Under the pieces are notes generated by a model, which worked only from the letters and a program-made list of their open reading frames with translations, did no database searches and was not told where the DNA came from. From a virus (Duplodnaviria; Caudoviricetes), in IMG/VR virus record IMGVR_UViG_3300014508_000004, positions 1 to 36,897 of that record: DNA of 36,897 bases; one strand, given 5' to 3'. Shown in pieces: positions 26,141 to 34,946 of this stretch. Each line of letters opens with the position of its first letter. Position 1 is the stretch's first letter. Position numbers and translations under genes: made by a program.

Positions 26141-26490
26141 TCCACGAAATTAGCAAAACCAGTGTTATTGATAGAAAATGATTTGGCGTTTATTATTTCA
26201 ATTCTATTTGGCTCTCTATTAAATACCTTAACCTTTCTTAATATTTTATTGTATCCGCACAAGGTCAGTGCGTCTTTACCGTCAATAAGAACTGAGCATG
26301 ATTTATTATCAATAAATTCTGGGGCTATATCTGACCAACTCACCCAGCCTTTATCTTCATCATTTACCCAATCTATAAGCCTTGATTTTAACGGCTCATG
26401 AATGCAATCCATATTATCAGCGAATAATTCAAATAGCGTTTTCATTTGATCTAGTTCGCTTAATTTAATTTCTACTGGTAGTTTAGCCAT
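26131..26490 (-). CDS. Hypothetical protein inserted in the head-tail module
   Basis: 119-aa ORF with coupled start. Confidence 0.55.
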   Translation of the reverse strand: MAKLPVEIKLSELDQMKTLFELFADNMDCIHEPLKSRLIDWVNDEDKGWVSWSDIAPEFIDNKSCSVLIDGKDALTLCGYNKILRKVKVFNREPNRIEIINAKSFSINNTGFANFVEWS

Positions 26491-27323
26491 TATCCTAAAA
26501 ATCCCATATTTTCTTTATACAACCCACCACCATTTAACCCTGCGTTGGTATATGGCTTTAATACCCTTGACACCGCTGGCATTTGTGCAAGTGTCGGAGT
26601 GCTTGAACCTGATTGATAACTCTCAGAATATGCACCATTACCAACACTAAAACCTGCTAGATTTGCGCTATCTTTTACAGCGTTAGTATCAACACCATCG
26701 TTAATAGAGAAAGACGCTAACATTTGAGCGTTTTTAAAGTCTTGTGGTATCTCGTTGTTGCCAACAGCAGCATCATAAGCAACCATATAGTTGCGAGGCA
26801 TAATGCCCGTTTGTGTTTGAGGTGTTACTCGTGAGCCTTGTAATCGCTGCTCATAAGTAAAGTTAAGGAAGTCATAAGCATTAGCAAGATTAGCCTCTCT
26901 ATCTGGCTGTGTAGCTGGTACAGAATAACCTTTAAGTTTAGCGTATGCTTTGTACTCATCATCAGTTACAAAAGAGTTAGCATTAGCAACCACTGAGCCA
27001 TCTTCGATAATTAATTGAGTGCCGATAGCTACAACGATTTGGTCACTATTTGCTAGTTCCTGAGATGTTATGTCAGTACCTAGTACACTAGCACCATCGA
27101 AGTATGTAACAGTTGAAAATACTTTTCCGACCTCTGCTGTCGCTGAAAGGTTTAATGATAACTCTGTAGCAGATGTAACGATCACAATTAAAGGATCGTT
27201 AATAAGCGAGTAAGACTCAGCACCGAACTGAACCTGAATATCAGTAGCTAGAGTTAAATCAATGCCACCGAATACATAAACAACTAAATTATCTTTATTA
27301 GCTATAACTAGATTTTGAGACAT
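26490..27323 (-). CDS. Head-tail adaptor (DnaT-like family domain) with N-terminal extension
   Basis: IIEDGSVVANANSFVT begins near residue 105; EIPQDFKNAQ motif. Confidence 0.7.
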   Translation of the reverse strand: MSQNLVIANKDNLVVYVFGGIDLTLATDIQVQFGAESYSLINDPLIVIVTSATELSLNLSATAEVGKVFSTVTYFDGASVLGTDITSQELANSDQIVVAIGTQLIIEDGSVVANANSFVTDDEYKAYAKLKGYSVPATQPDREANLANAYDFLNFTYEQRLQGSRVTPQTQTGIMPRNYMVAYDAAVGNNEIPQDFKNAQMLASFSINDGVDTNAVKDSANLAGFSVGNGAYSESYQSGSSTPTLAQMPAVSRVLKPYTNAGLNGGGLYKENMGFLG

Positions 27324-27382
27324 AAAAAAAAGCCTTATTAAATATATAAGGCTAGTTTAACATAAATTTTTATTAATGTAAT

Positions 27383-28657
27383 TTATGGCACGTCATTAAC
27401 TATTTCTGCACTGGTCATGCTGTTCATAGTAAAATCTGTTCCGTTTATATTATCTGATAATGTCGGATATGTATCTCCATCACCCATTCGCCACCAATGA
27501 GCAGGGGCAACCCCCAGCAAAGATAAATCAAAGGGCGAGCCTGAATTATATATACTGCTAACGTTTGTGCTTTGATCGCTACTCCAGATTGCTACTTCAT
27601 CAAGCTTTACATCTCTTAAGGATTGCGACTGTCCCGACTTACCAACCATAAACACACTACCAGTTATAGCGTTAGTATATCCGTAGTTGTTGTTAGTGCC
27701 TGTTTTTGCCTGTGAAACTCCGTTGATAAACATATTAAAACGATTGTAATAATCATTTATACTCCCTGAACCTGCGCCCGTAGTTCCTCCGTCGTATGTT
27801 ATAAGGCAATGCGCCCAAACACCCGCGGGCAGTGAATTATCAGGGGTTTGTAGTTGTAATCTATTTGAAGATGTACCGTATCTCATCCACAAGGAGTCTT
27901 TATTTCCAACTAGCCTTACATCAATAACAGCGCCGCCTGACGTATACACCCCGCCATATAGCATAACACCTTGATTGTTGCCGTTGGTTGATGGCTTTAC
28001 CCAGAATGATATTGACCAAGCATCGGGTGAGCCAGAGCCATTCCCCGCCCTTCCTAATGTATTTTGCAGTGCTCCAGCACTAGCCGATAAAAAATTATTT
28101 AAACCAAAGTTTACTGATTTAGTATTGGCAAATGCTGGCGTATCAACTGTTAGAACAATAGTTTCGCTATCCTCACCATTGTAATTAATAGCTTTTACGG
28201 GGATGTTGTACGTACCACTAACCAAGCCAGAACCGCCTATTAATTTCCTAGGATTTCCCTCAACTGTTGTAATACCCGTTACGGATGATAGGTCCCACTC
28301 ATAACCAACACCATAACTAGAGGTTAGCTCATAGTTTATTACTGCACCCTGAACACTGCTAATAGTTAACGGACTGGTTATTGAAGGCAGATTAGTTGTC
28401 GGGGTTCCTGAGCTAGAAAAAATAGCGTTTAAAGCATCGCAAGTTTCTACCGCGCTTTCTCCGTAAGTATTGCCTGACTCATCAACATATTCAGAAAATA
28501 ATATACCTGTGGTAACCTCTATGCTTCTAGCTGTATCCGTTATAGAGCACGATCCATTGTCAGCCGATGCCTGCAAGCTATTTAAAAACTGCGCCCCGTT
28601 TGCGTCCTCGATAAATATAGCGTTAGCTGAACTATCTTTATATATTGTAATACTCAT
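27383..28657 (-). CDS. LamG/concanavalin A-like lectin domain virion protein with Ig-like domain
   Basis: WSISFWVK, WAHCLITYDG, LDEVAIW and HWWRMGD motifs; preceding PSITSP...GTYNIPVKAIN Ig-like segment. Confidence 0.8.
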   Translation of the reverse strand: MSITIYKDSSANAIFIEDANGAQFLNSLQASADNGSCSITDTARSIEVTTGILFSEYVDESGNTYGESAVETCDALNAIFSSSGTPTTNLPSITSPLTISSVQGAVINYELTSSYGVGYEWDLSSVTGITTVEGNPRKLIGGSGLVSGTYNIPVKAINYNGEDSETIVLTVDTPAFANTKSVNFGLNNFLSASAGALQNTLGRAGNGSGSPDAWSISFWVKPSTNGNNQGVMLYGGVYTSGGAVIDVRLVGNKDSLWMRYGTSSNRLQLQTPDNSLPAGVWAHCLITYDGGTTGAGSGSINDYYNRFNMFINGVSQAKTGTNNNYGYTNAITGSVFMVGKSGQSQSLRDVKLDEVAIWSSDQSTNVSSIYNSGSPFDLSLLGVAPAHWWRMGDGDTYPTLSDNINGTDFTMNSMTSAEIVNDVP

Positions 28658-29193
28658 TGTTTTATCACCTGTATAGCTGAGCCCGCATTTACTAACGTAC
28701 CGCCAGCACTAAGCCTTACTTCTAACCCTATATGATAATCTCTGGTGTTAGTGTCTCCCATGTATATCATATCTGGAACCAATGAACGCCTATAGCCAAT
28801 ACCCGAGCCACTATCCAGCCTCCCTATGATTTTTTCTAGTGTGTAAGCGCCACCGCCATCACCTAAAGTATATCTAAACTCCAATAATGTATTATTAGTG
28901 TTTGGCGTGACAGTAAAGTCATTTCTTATAAGTATTGTAGATCCCAAAGGTAATTCAGTTGGATCTACTTTGCCCGTCGATACATCCATTAATTCAGTAA
29001 CGCCACTAGGCTTATAATCTTTGTTAGTAAATGCACCTAGCCCGTCATTTGGTAAGGCTGTCCATGTATCCGCAGAAAGTGTTACAGGCGATGCTGTCGT
29101 GGATGTGTCGTTATAATCAATAAAACCGTTAGCGCCGCCGCCGCCACCTGAAGCAGCGAGTATTTGCTCAAGCAATTCATTTCTAATGCTCAT
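28654..29193 (-). CDS. Putative virion appendage protein
   Basis: 179 aa; short N-helix, Gly linker, beta-rich domain. Confidence 0.55.
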   Translation of the reverse strand: MSIRNELLEQILAASGGGGGANGFIDYNDTSTTASPVTLSADTWTALPNDGLGAFTNKDYKPSGVTELMDVSTGKVDPTELPLGSTILIRNDFTVTPNTNNTLLEFRYTLGDGGGAYTLEKIIGRLDSGSGIGYRRSLVPDMIYMGDTNTRDYHIGLEVRLSAGGTLVNAGSAIQVIKQ

Positions 29194-29202
29194 AATTATT
29201 CC

Positions 29203-29310
29203 TTATAAGGCTAAAAGCCAGTCTTGTAATAGTTGATTTCTATTATTTGGATTTGTGACAGTGCCGCCAGCAGCGATAACTATCTGTGCGAGTAATTCAT
29301 TCATAGACAT
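29203..29310 (-). CDS. 35-aa peptide resembling the N-terminus of the downstream protein
   Basis: Not in the track. GAGGG RBS; MSMNELLAQIVIAAGGTVTNPNNRNQLLQDWLLAL. Confidence 0.6.
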   Translation of the reverse strand: MSMNELLAQIVIAAGGTVTNPNNRNQLLQDWLLAL

Positions 29311-29440
29311 GATTAGCCCTCAATTAATTAAAATGTGAGGGAATCATAAAACGAGGGAGGTTTTAGAGGGAGGTGTTAGGGTGGCTAGCTAGCCTAGAGA
29401 TCCCTCAATCTCTATTTGTATTATAGCTTATTGCGAGACA

Positions 29441-29473
29441 TAAAAAAGCACCCATTTAAGAGTGCTTTTATTT
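29441..29473 (-). terminator. Rho-independent terminator after the capsid operon
   Basis: AAAAGCAC...GTGCTTTT hairpin with T-tails on both strands. Confidence 0.75.
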
Positions 29474-29630
29474 AATCTTCTTTCTTAACTTTCGGCTTTC
29501 GCTTTATTTTAGGCTTTTCCTGCTCCACTGGAGCGAAACGACTATCTAATATTTTGTAGCCTTTATTGTTCCACTCTTTTTTATCAGCAGTAGAACATGG
29601 ATGATCTAAATACTTAATCTCCATGCTCAT
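29472..29630 (-). CDS. Small basic protein downstream of the major capsid gene (52 aa)
   Basis: Not in the track. MSMEIKYLDHPCSTADKKEWNNKGYKILDSRFAP...; AAGGTG RBS. Confidence 0.65.
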   Translation of the reverse strand: MSMEIKYLDHPCSTADKKEWNNKGYKILDSRFAPVEQEKPKIKRKPKVKKED

Positions 29631-29635
29631 TCACC

Positions 29636-30604
29636 TTATAAGTCTGCGTCAGCTACGGTTAACGTACCAAGAGAGTGCTTAGTGCTTGTAACTGCAATGT
29701 CCCAGTTAGTACCAGTAAATAATTCAGCATCTAATGGAGAAGCGCCGCCGTTAGCAACATCCCAAGCATAACCTTTAAGGCTAAGGCCAAATGTATAATC
29801 AGCTTGCCAAGTGGTCTCAATGCGAGTCTGTCCGTTAGTTGTGTCCATATTAGTGATAATATCACCAGAGTTAGAAACAACAATGCCGCCAGCTGTAATT
29901 GATAAAACCTTAGTCTTGTTCGGAGTGCCTGCAACATAAAGCGCTGGGATATCTGAAACAACAATGATTTTACCAAGGATACTAATGACAGTAACGTTAG
30001 ACGAAACAAATAATTGCTCACCGTTAGCTAGAGCTTTATCAGTTAACGACTCAGAACCGCTTGAGTGCATAACATCACAAATCAACATGCCTGACATATC
30101 GCCAAACTTGTAATGGCCTTTGTTAAGTGCTTGCTGAGATAAACCAGCAGAAGCCGAAACATCATTCACTAATGCAGCGATATTCTCAACAGCAGCAACA
30201 CCACAGCCAACAGCGGTATTTAATTGATCAGCAAGTAATGCATCTGAAAATCCTTCAGCGATAACCATAATTGCTGACGCTGGGTTTTCTAAAAGGTAAG
30301 ACATTTGACCAGGCTCAAAAGTAACCGGACCAAAACCGCCAGCGACTTTAACGCCTACGAATTCACCTTGAGAAAGCTGTGTAGCAGCTTGAGCACCGAT
30401 AGCAGCATTACGATCAACACGACGCTGTGCGCCTGAAATTGACTGAAAGAAAGCTTCTTTAGTATAGTTACCACGCCAAGCATTAGTATTTAATACAATT
30501 GCTCCACCTGATGCCGCGTTAAAAGCCTCTAATTTTTGACCTAAAAGCTCTATAGTAGTCGTGTAAATCTCTGTGTCGTACACTTGCATGTTTGCTAATG
30601 CCAT
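29636..30604 (-). CDS. Major capsid protein
   Basis: 322 aa after the scaffold; FNAASGGAIVL and KGYAWD motifs; strong RBS. Confidence 0.88.
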   Translation of the reverse strand: MALANMQVYDTEIYTTTIELLGQKLEAFNAASGGAIVLNTNAWRGNYTKEAFFQSISGAQRRVDRNAAIGAQAATQLSQGEFVGVKVAGGFGPVTFEPGQMSYLLENPASAIMVIAEGFSDALLADQLNTAVGCGVAAVENIAALVNDVSASAGLSQQALNKGHYKFGDMSGMLICDVMHSSGSESLTDKALANGEQLFVSSNVTVISILGKIIVVSDIPALYVAGTPNKTKVLSITAGGIVVSNSGDIITNMDTTNGQTRIETTWQADYTFGLSLKGYAWDVANGGASPLDAELFTGTNWDIAVTSTKHSLGTLTVADADL

Positions 30605-30625
30605 GATAATTCCTTAAATATTTTA

Positions 30626-31273
30626 TTAAAGCCCTTGCGCCTTTAAGCGTTGAGCAAGATTTGTTTGCGTATCATTGCCACTAGCAGCACTACCACCTTG
30701 GCTTTGTGTTGTATTCGCCCCAGACGAGTCAACACCTTTTAAAATTCTTTTAAATGAATCTTGCTCGCCAGCCCAGCTTTTGAACTCTTCAACATTGTTT
30801 GCTACAACTTCACCATTGCTTTTAAACTGTGTGGTTAGTTGCTGTTGGTCATTATAACCAATTTCTAGCATGTTTGACAACATAGCACTAGATACGTCTT
30901 TAAAGTCGTCATGAATAAGGTTAGATACCTTGCTTAGTACATCATTCTTATCACGAGACATTAGCGCGTCTTTAGCTGTTTTGGCTGTTGCTGTTAACTC
31001 TGCCGTAGTTGTTGCTAACTGCTCTTCGTAAAAAGCTTTTAACTCGTCGGTTTTCCCTGCTGCAATAAGTGTTTCCTCATGCGCCTTTGCTGCTGCCTTG
31101 CGCGCATCTTCGATAACCTGATCTTTCTCTTGTGACGATTGTTGGACATTGCGTTTTTCTCCAATCAATTCTTCGACTTTACTTTTTAATCCACCTATTT
31201 CTGAATCAAATAAAGCTGATAACTTAGCTGTTTGCTCTTCGTTAAGTCCGTCAATGCCTGTTAAATCTACCAT
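30626..31273 (-). CDS. Capsid scaffolding protein
   Basis: GLKSKVEELIGEK coiled coil, SSGA...GG tail; directly upstream of the capsid gene. Confidence 0.8.
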   Translation of the reverse strand: MVDLTGIDGLNEEQTAKLSALFDSEIGGLKSKVEELIGEKRNVQQSSQEKDQVIEDARKAAAKAHEETLIAAGKTDELKAFYEEQLATTTAELTATAKTAKDALMSRDKNDVLSKVSNLIHDDFKDVSSAMLSNMLEIGYNDQQQLTTQFKSNGEVVANNVEEFKSWAGEQDSFKRILKGVDSSGANTTQSQGGSAASGNDTQTNLAQRLKAQGL

Positions 31274-31316
31274 TTTTATAATCCCCCAAGGATCGTTGTT
31301 GTGAGTCTCAGACTCG

Positions 31317-32441
31317 TTATGTATTCGGTTTGTTTTGTGCGCGTAATATGCGACCTAGTTCATTATTCTTTTGCTTCATCTGCTTAATGGTTAACGGGTT
31401 ATTCATGCTATCACCTGTCATTTTAGCAAACTTTGCCGCATCCATCTGCCTTAATGCTTTGCCTAATGTTGGGCCAATTGCTGCATCTTGATCACGCGCA
31501 CTTAGCTTTTTAAGATTCTCGTAATAAATAGAGTCACTATCAATAGGTTTTGGATCACGCTTACCATCTACATTAAAACTTGATGCTTTTTGAGTTTCGC
31601 TACTATCAAGTTTAAATCTATCATCTACCTCATATGTTAAAGCACTTCTACAATTAGGATGTAAAGGTGGTGTAACACTACTTAACTTAGGAGAATTAGC
31701 AGGCCAAACAGTCTGATCTAACCTTGCACATGTTCTTGATGTCTTTGAGTCGTTAACAGCTAAGAACCTATAACCCTTTAATATGTCGTCATTCTCATCA
31801 ACGAAAGCTATTCTTGCAGTATTAGCATAATGATTAGTGCCAGTTACAGCTAATTGCCTTGCTGCTCTTGTTGCTCTATCCAATACACTTTTAGTCGTGC
31901 CTGATTTTGATAAATCCATTTGTGCTGTAATAGCCTTTGTTATTTCTGGAATAGTTTGCCCTTCCAAAAATCCAGCCTGTACAATGCCGTCAATCTCATT
32001 CGTCCACTTCTGCCAATAATTTGACATCATAGAAGAATAAGCAGAATAACTATTAGCCCCCAATTTAACAGGTGTGATAGTAGCAACGCTATTAACAGCA
32101 GCCGCACTCGGAACCGTTGAGTTAAAATCTTCGTTTTGCACCAACCCGTTTAATGTAGTCGCTGCGAACTCTGCTTCGTAAGCTCCTAGTGCCCTATTCT
32201 CAACTTTAAGCGCCGATGTATAATCTTGTAGGTGTTTACGTGTAGCCTCGTTTATTTGCTTCTGTATATCCAGTTGTAAAGCGATAGTTACTTTACGCTT
32301 ACGATACTTATTAAGGATGGATACAACGTCATTCTCTATAGACTCAAGATATGGAATAACCTTCAAGCCCTCAGTAGCGCCTAGCCTTTGTAAGTAGATC
32401 GTGTGCTGAGAATATATGGTTGTTAGCTGCTCAACTGGCAT
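31317..32441 (-). CDS. Minor head protein, SPP1 gp7 / Mu gpF family
   Basis: DSKTSRTC and PPLHPNCRS motifs. Confidence 0.9.
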   Translation of the reverse strand: MPVEQLTTIYSQHTIYLQRLGATEGLKVIPYLESIENDVVSILNKYRKRKVTIALQLDIQKQINEATRKHLQDYTSALKVENRALGAYEAEFAATTLNGLVQNEDFNSTVPSAAAVNSVATITPVKLGANSYSAYSSMMSNYWQKWTNEIDGIVQAGFLEGQTIPEITKAITAQMDLSKSGTTKSVLDRATRAARQLAVTGTNHYANTARIAFVDENDDILKGYRFLAVNDSKTSRTCARLDQTVWPANSPKLSSVTPPLHPNCRSALTYEVDDRFKLDSSETQKASSFNVDGKRDPKPIDSDSIYYENLKKLSARDQDAAIGPTLGKALRQMDAAKFAKMTGDSMNNPLTIKQMKQKNNELGRILRAQNKPNT

Positions 32442-33964
32442 TATTCACTAGCCTGTGAAGTTGCTAACTTTTCTAAAGCGTCATCTAACTGAGCTTGTAA
32501 CGCCGCCATTTCTTCAGGGCCACCACCAGTTAGTAAGTTTTGATCCGTTAAAGCCTGTGCAATTTCATCATCATCTAAATCAGTTAACTCGGCTTTACGC
32601 GCCACCTCATTCAATGTAATAGCTGGTAAGATGCCACCTTGAACTAATGCCATGTGAGCGTTAATCATCTCAGGCGTTAAATCATCAGTAATAAAATCAG
32701 AGTTTAGTTTGTATATTGAGGTGCTTTCTTCACCTAAGAATTGCGCGGTCCATGTAAATAATTGCTTGAAGCCGTCACTGATATTATATGAGATTCTCTT
32801 AAGTGCCGACATTGAGGCGTTTGCATCTATACGTTTAGCACCTAAAGTTTCATTAGCTGAATTATCAGTAACTAATTGAGCGCCTGACATTACCATTCTA
32901 TCTTCATCACGAAGCATTTCAGTAGGTATTGCGCCAGTAGCACCTAATTGTAATATTTCAACCCTATCATTAATGCCAAATTGATTCTTACCCTTTGCTC
33001 CAACATCTAAGCCATTAGGATTATCTTGCGTAAAAGTATCACCATCTTCAACAAATACATTAGTCATGCCTTGACCGTGAAAATGTAAGTTATCCCGGTT
33101 ATCACAATCTAAAACAAAGTGACCTAGATTGGAGTTTGCTAAATCGTACAAAGGAAGTTTAGAGTATTCAGGGCTATTATCATCAGCACCGAAGAACTGA
33201 AAAGGTATTTCTTTTAGGGTTGAGCCATTAGCAACAGGGACAAAATCAGAAACAATCTCGTCCTTATCACTCCACAGTTGATTATGGTAAACACCATCCT
33301 GCATAACTAAGCGTCGAATATATGTTTTGTCTTCCCACTCGAATTCGCTTTTCTGTTCACTATGAACTTCGGTTAATCGTATTTCATCAATTGAATTAGA
33401 TTTACCATTGTTACGGGTGTATACAATCTGCTCGGCTTTATACTTAATCCACTTAGGCAAAAAATCACCGTTTTCATTTTGAGCGCGAGTTAATTGTACC
33501 CGCTCACCGCTTTCATTAACTGGTGATGCTGGCATATCAACTAAGACGCCATAACGAGCAACAGCTATAACTTCAGCAGTAACTTTCTGCGCTACTTCAC
33601 GCAAGCCACAGCCTGCACCGTCAGCATTATCAATTAAGTATTCAAGTTTAGGTTGAATATCTGACTCAGGCTCTTTACTCCACACCATACCGCCAAGTGT
33701 TTCATATGTTCGACCAGTAGCAGGAAACCAGCGACCACGTGACCAATAAGAGTTAACACGTAAAGCGTTTTGAGCATTACACCGTTGAGCTTGGGCTAGT
33801 GCTTGCTCATTCATACCCTGAAATGATGCGAATGTTTTATATTGCGGCCCAGGTAGGCAAGTAATTATCTTTAATACTTCATACTTACCAGCAATAGCCG
33901 CGCGAGTTTGAGCGCGCAATTCTTCTTGCTCGATATATTCTTTGTCTAATGTGTTTAATGCCAT
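32441..33964 (-). CDS. Portal protein (DUF4055-like)
   Basis: DNADGAG, RYGVLVD, EIPFQF and PLYDLA..NLGHF motifs. Start ATG 33964 or GTG 33970. Confidence 0.88.
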   Translation of the reverse strand: MALNTLDKEYIEQEELRAQTRAAIAGKYEVLKIITCLPGPQYKTFASFQGMNEQALAQAQRCNAQNALRVNSYWSRGRWFPATGRTYETLGGMVWSKEPESDIQPKLEYLIDNADGAGCGLREVAQKVTAEVIAVARYGVLVDMPASPVNESGERVQLTRAQNENGDFLPKWIKYKAEQIVYTRNNGKSNSIDEIRLTEVHSEQKSEFEWEDKTYIRRLVMQDGVYHNQLWSDKDEIVSDFVPVANGSTLKEIPFQFFGADDNSPEYSKLPLYDLANSNLGHFVLDCDNRDNLHFHGQGMTNVFVEDGDTFTQDNPNGLDVGAKGKNQFGINDRVEILQLGATGAIPTEMLRDEDRMVMSGAQLVTDNSANETLGAKRIDANASMSALKRISYNISDGFKQLFTWTAQFLGEESTSIYKLNSDFITDDLTPEMINAHMALVQGGILPAITLNEVARKAELTDLDDDEIAQALTDQNLLTGGGPEEMAALQAQLDDALEKLATSQASE

Positions 33965-34026
33965 CGTCACAGCCTTGTATAATTTTCTTTATTATATCAC
34001 TAATAGGTAAATAATTTAAACTTACC

Positions 34027-34062
34027 TTTACACACTCAATTAAATGTACTATTGTTTGTACA
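34027..34062 (+). promoter_or_regulatory. Promoter with YefM-type operator
   Basis: TTTACA-17 nt-TATTGT overlapped by TGTACT (34045-34050) and TGTACA (34057-34062), 12 bp apart. Confidence 0.6.
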
Positions 34063-34086
34063 GTTAATTAATTAAAAGGGAATACA

Positions 34087-34275
34087 ATGCAAAAAACAAT
34101 AAAACTAATCAAGTCCACTGATTTCAGAAAGAATATGTCAGCCTCTATGGAAGAGCTAAACAAGACATCTGAAGCTATTTGTATATTGTCTCCCTATGGT
34201 CACGGGGTGTTAATTACTAAAGCGCAGTACGACAAAATGATAGATTCAATTAACGAGCTGGAGAATAAACAATGA
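34087..34275 (+). CDS. Phd/YefM-family antitoxin-like protein
   Basis: IKSTDFRKNM...AICI...GVLITKAQYDKM follows the Phd/YefM N-terminal pattern. Confidence 0.7.
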   Translation: MQKTIKLIKSTDFRKNMSASMEELNKTSEAICILSPYGHGVLITKAQYDKMIDSINELENKQ

Positions 34276-34427
34276 TCAAATTACCAGAAACAGAAGAAGA
34301 AATGATCGCTATCATCAATGAATGGATTGAAGATGCTGAAGGACATGACTCTGCCGATAGAGGCGAGATGTTACACCATGCTTTCGATGTGTGGTCGATA
34401 TTAGATTTTATGGAGAATAAACAATGA
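34272..34427 (+). CDS. Small acidic protein (51 aa)
   Basis: Not in the track. GGAG RBS; MIKLPETEEEMIAIINEWIEDAEGHDSADRGEMLHHAFDVWSILDFMENKQ. Confidence 0.65.
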   Translation: MIKLPETEEEMIAIINEWIEDAEGHDSADRGEMLHHAFDVWSILDFMENKQ

Positions 34428-34663
34428 CTATAGCAAGCGGCAATTGCACCATAACAGCGACAGGCGATGCCTTGAGTTTCTTGAAAAAAGAAATTGAATC
34501 ATTTAACAGTCATAAAGTAGAAGTTGAGTTAGATGATATTGGCTCAATAGTTGTTGGTAATAAATTAAATTTTGGCGAAATACATTTTAAAGTTGATAAA
34601 ATAAAGGGAAATAAAGTATACGGGCACACCATTATTCAACCATTAACAGTAGAGGTTAAGTAG
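34424..34663 (+). CDS. Hypothetical protein
   Basis: GGAG RBS and ATGA overlap. Confidence 0.65.
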   Translation: MTIASGNCTITATGDALSFLKKEIESFNSHKVEVELDDIGSIVVGNKLNFGEIHFKVDKIKGNKVYGHTIIQPLTVEVK

Positions 34664-34789
34664 GTGCTTTTTACAACGATAGAGGAATGGATAGCTTTAT
34701 TGATAATGACACCGTTCTGTATATTTTGCGGCTGGTTGTCAGTTTACCTAGCAACCAAGTATAACAAGGGAAATAACAATGACACATGA
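34664..34789 (+). CDS. Small membrane peptide (41 aa)
   Basis: Not in the track. GAGG RBS, GTG start; one TM segment. Confidence 0.45.
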   Translation: MLFTTIEEWIALLIMTPFCIFCGWLSVYLATKYNKGNNNDT

Positions 34790-34946
34790 ACAAATAATAA
34801 ACACACTCCTAGTCTTTGCGATATGCCTTGCGGTATTCGCTGTTATACGAGAGTTAATATGCTGGTACTTTAAGATTAATAAGCGGGTAGAGTTGCAAGA
34901 AAAAATGCTTGTTGAGCTGGTGAAGCTCAACAAGGTGGAGCATTAG
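34779..34946 (+). CDS. Small membrane protein (55 aa)
   Basis: Not in the track. AAGGGA RBS; MTHEQIINTLLVFAICLAVFAVIRELICWYFKINKRVELQ... Confidence 0.6.
   Translation: MTHEQIINTLLVFAICLAVFAVIRELICWYFKINKRVELQEKMLVELVKLNKVEH

Noticed and set aside
16934-32019. Numerous plus-strand ORFs within the structural module (e.g. 19272..19523, 20358..20804, 23210..23506)
   Set aside because: Antisense shadows of long, well-supported minus-strand genes.
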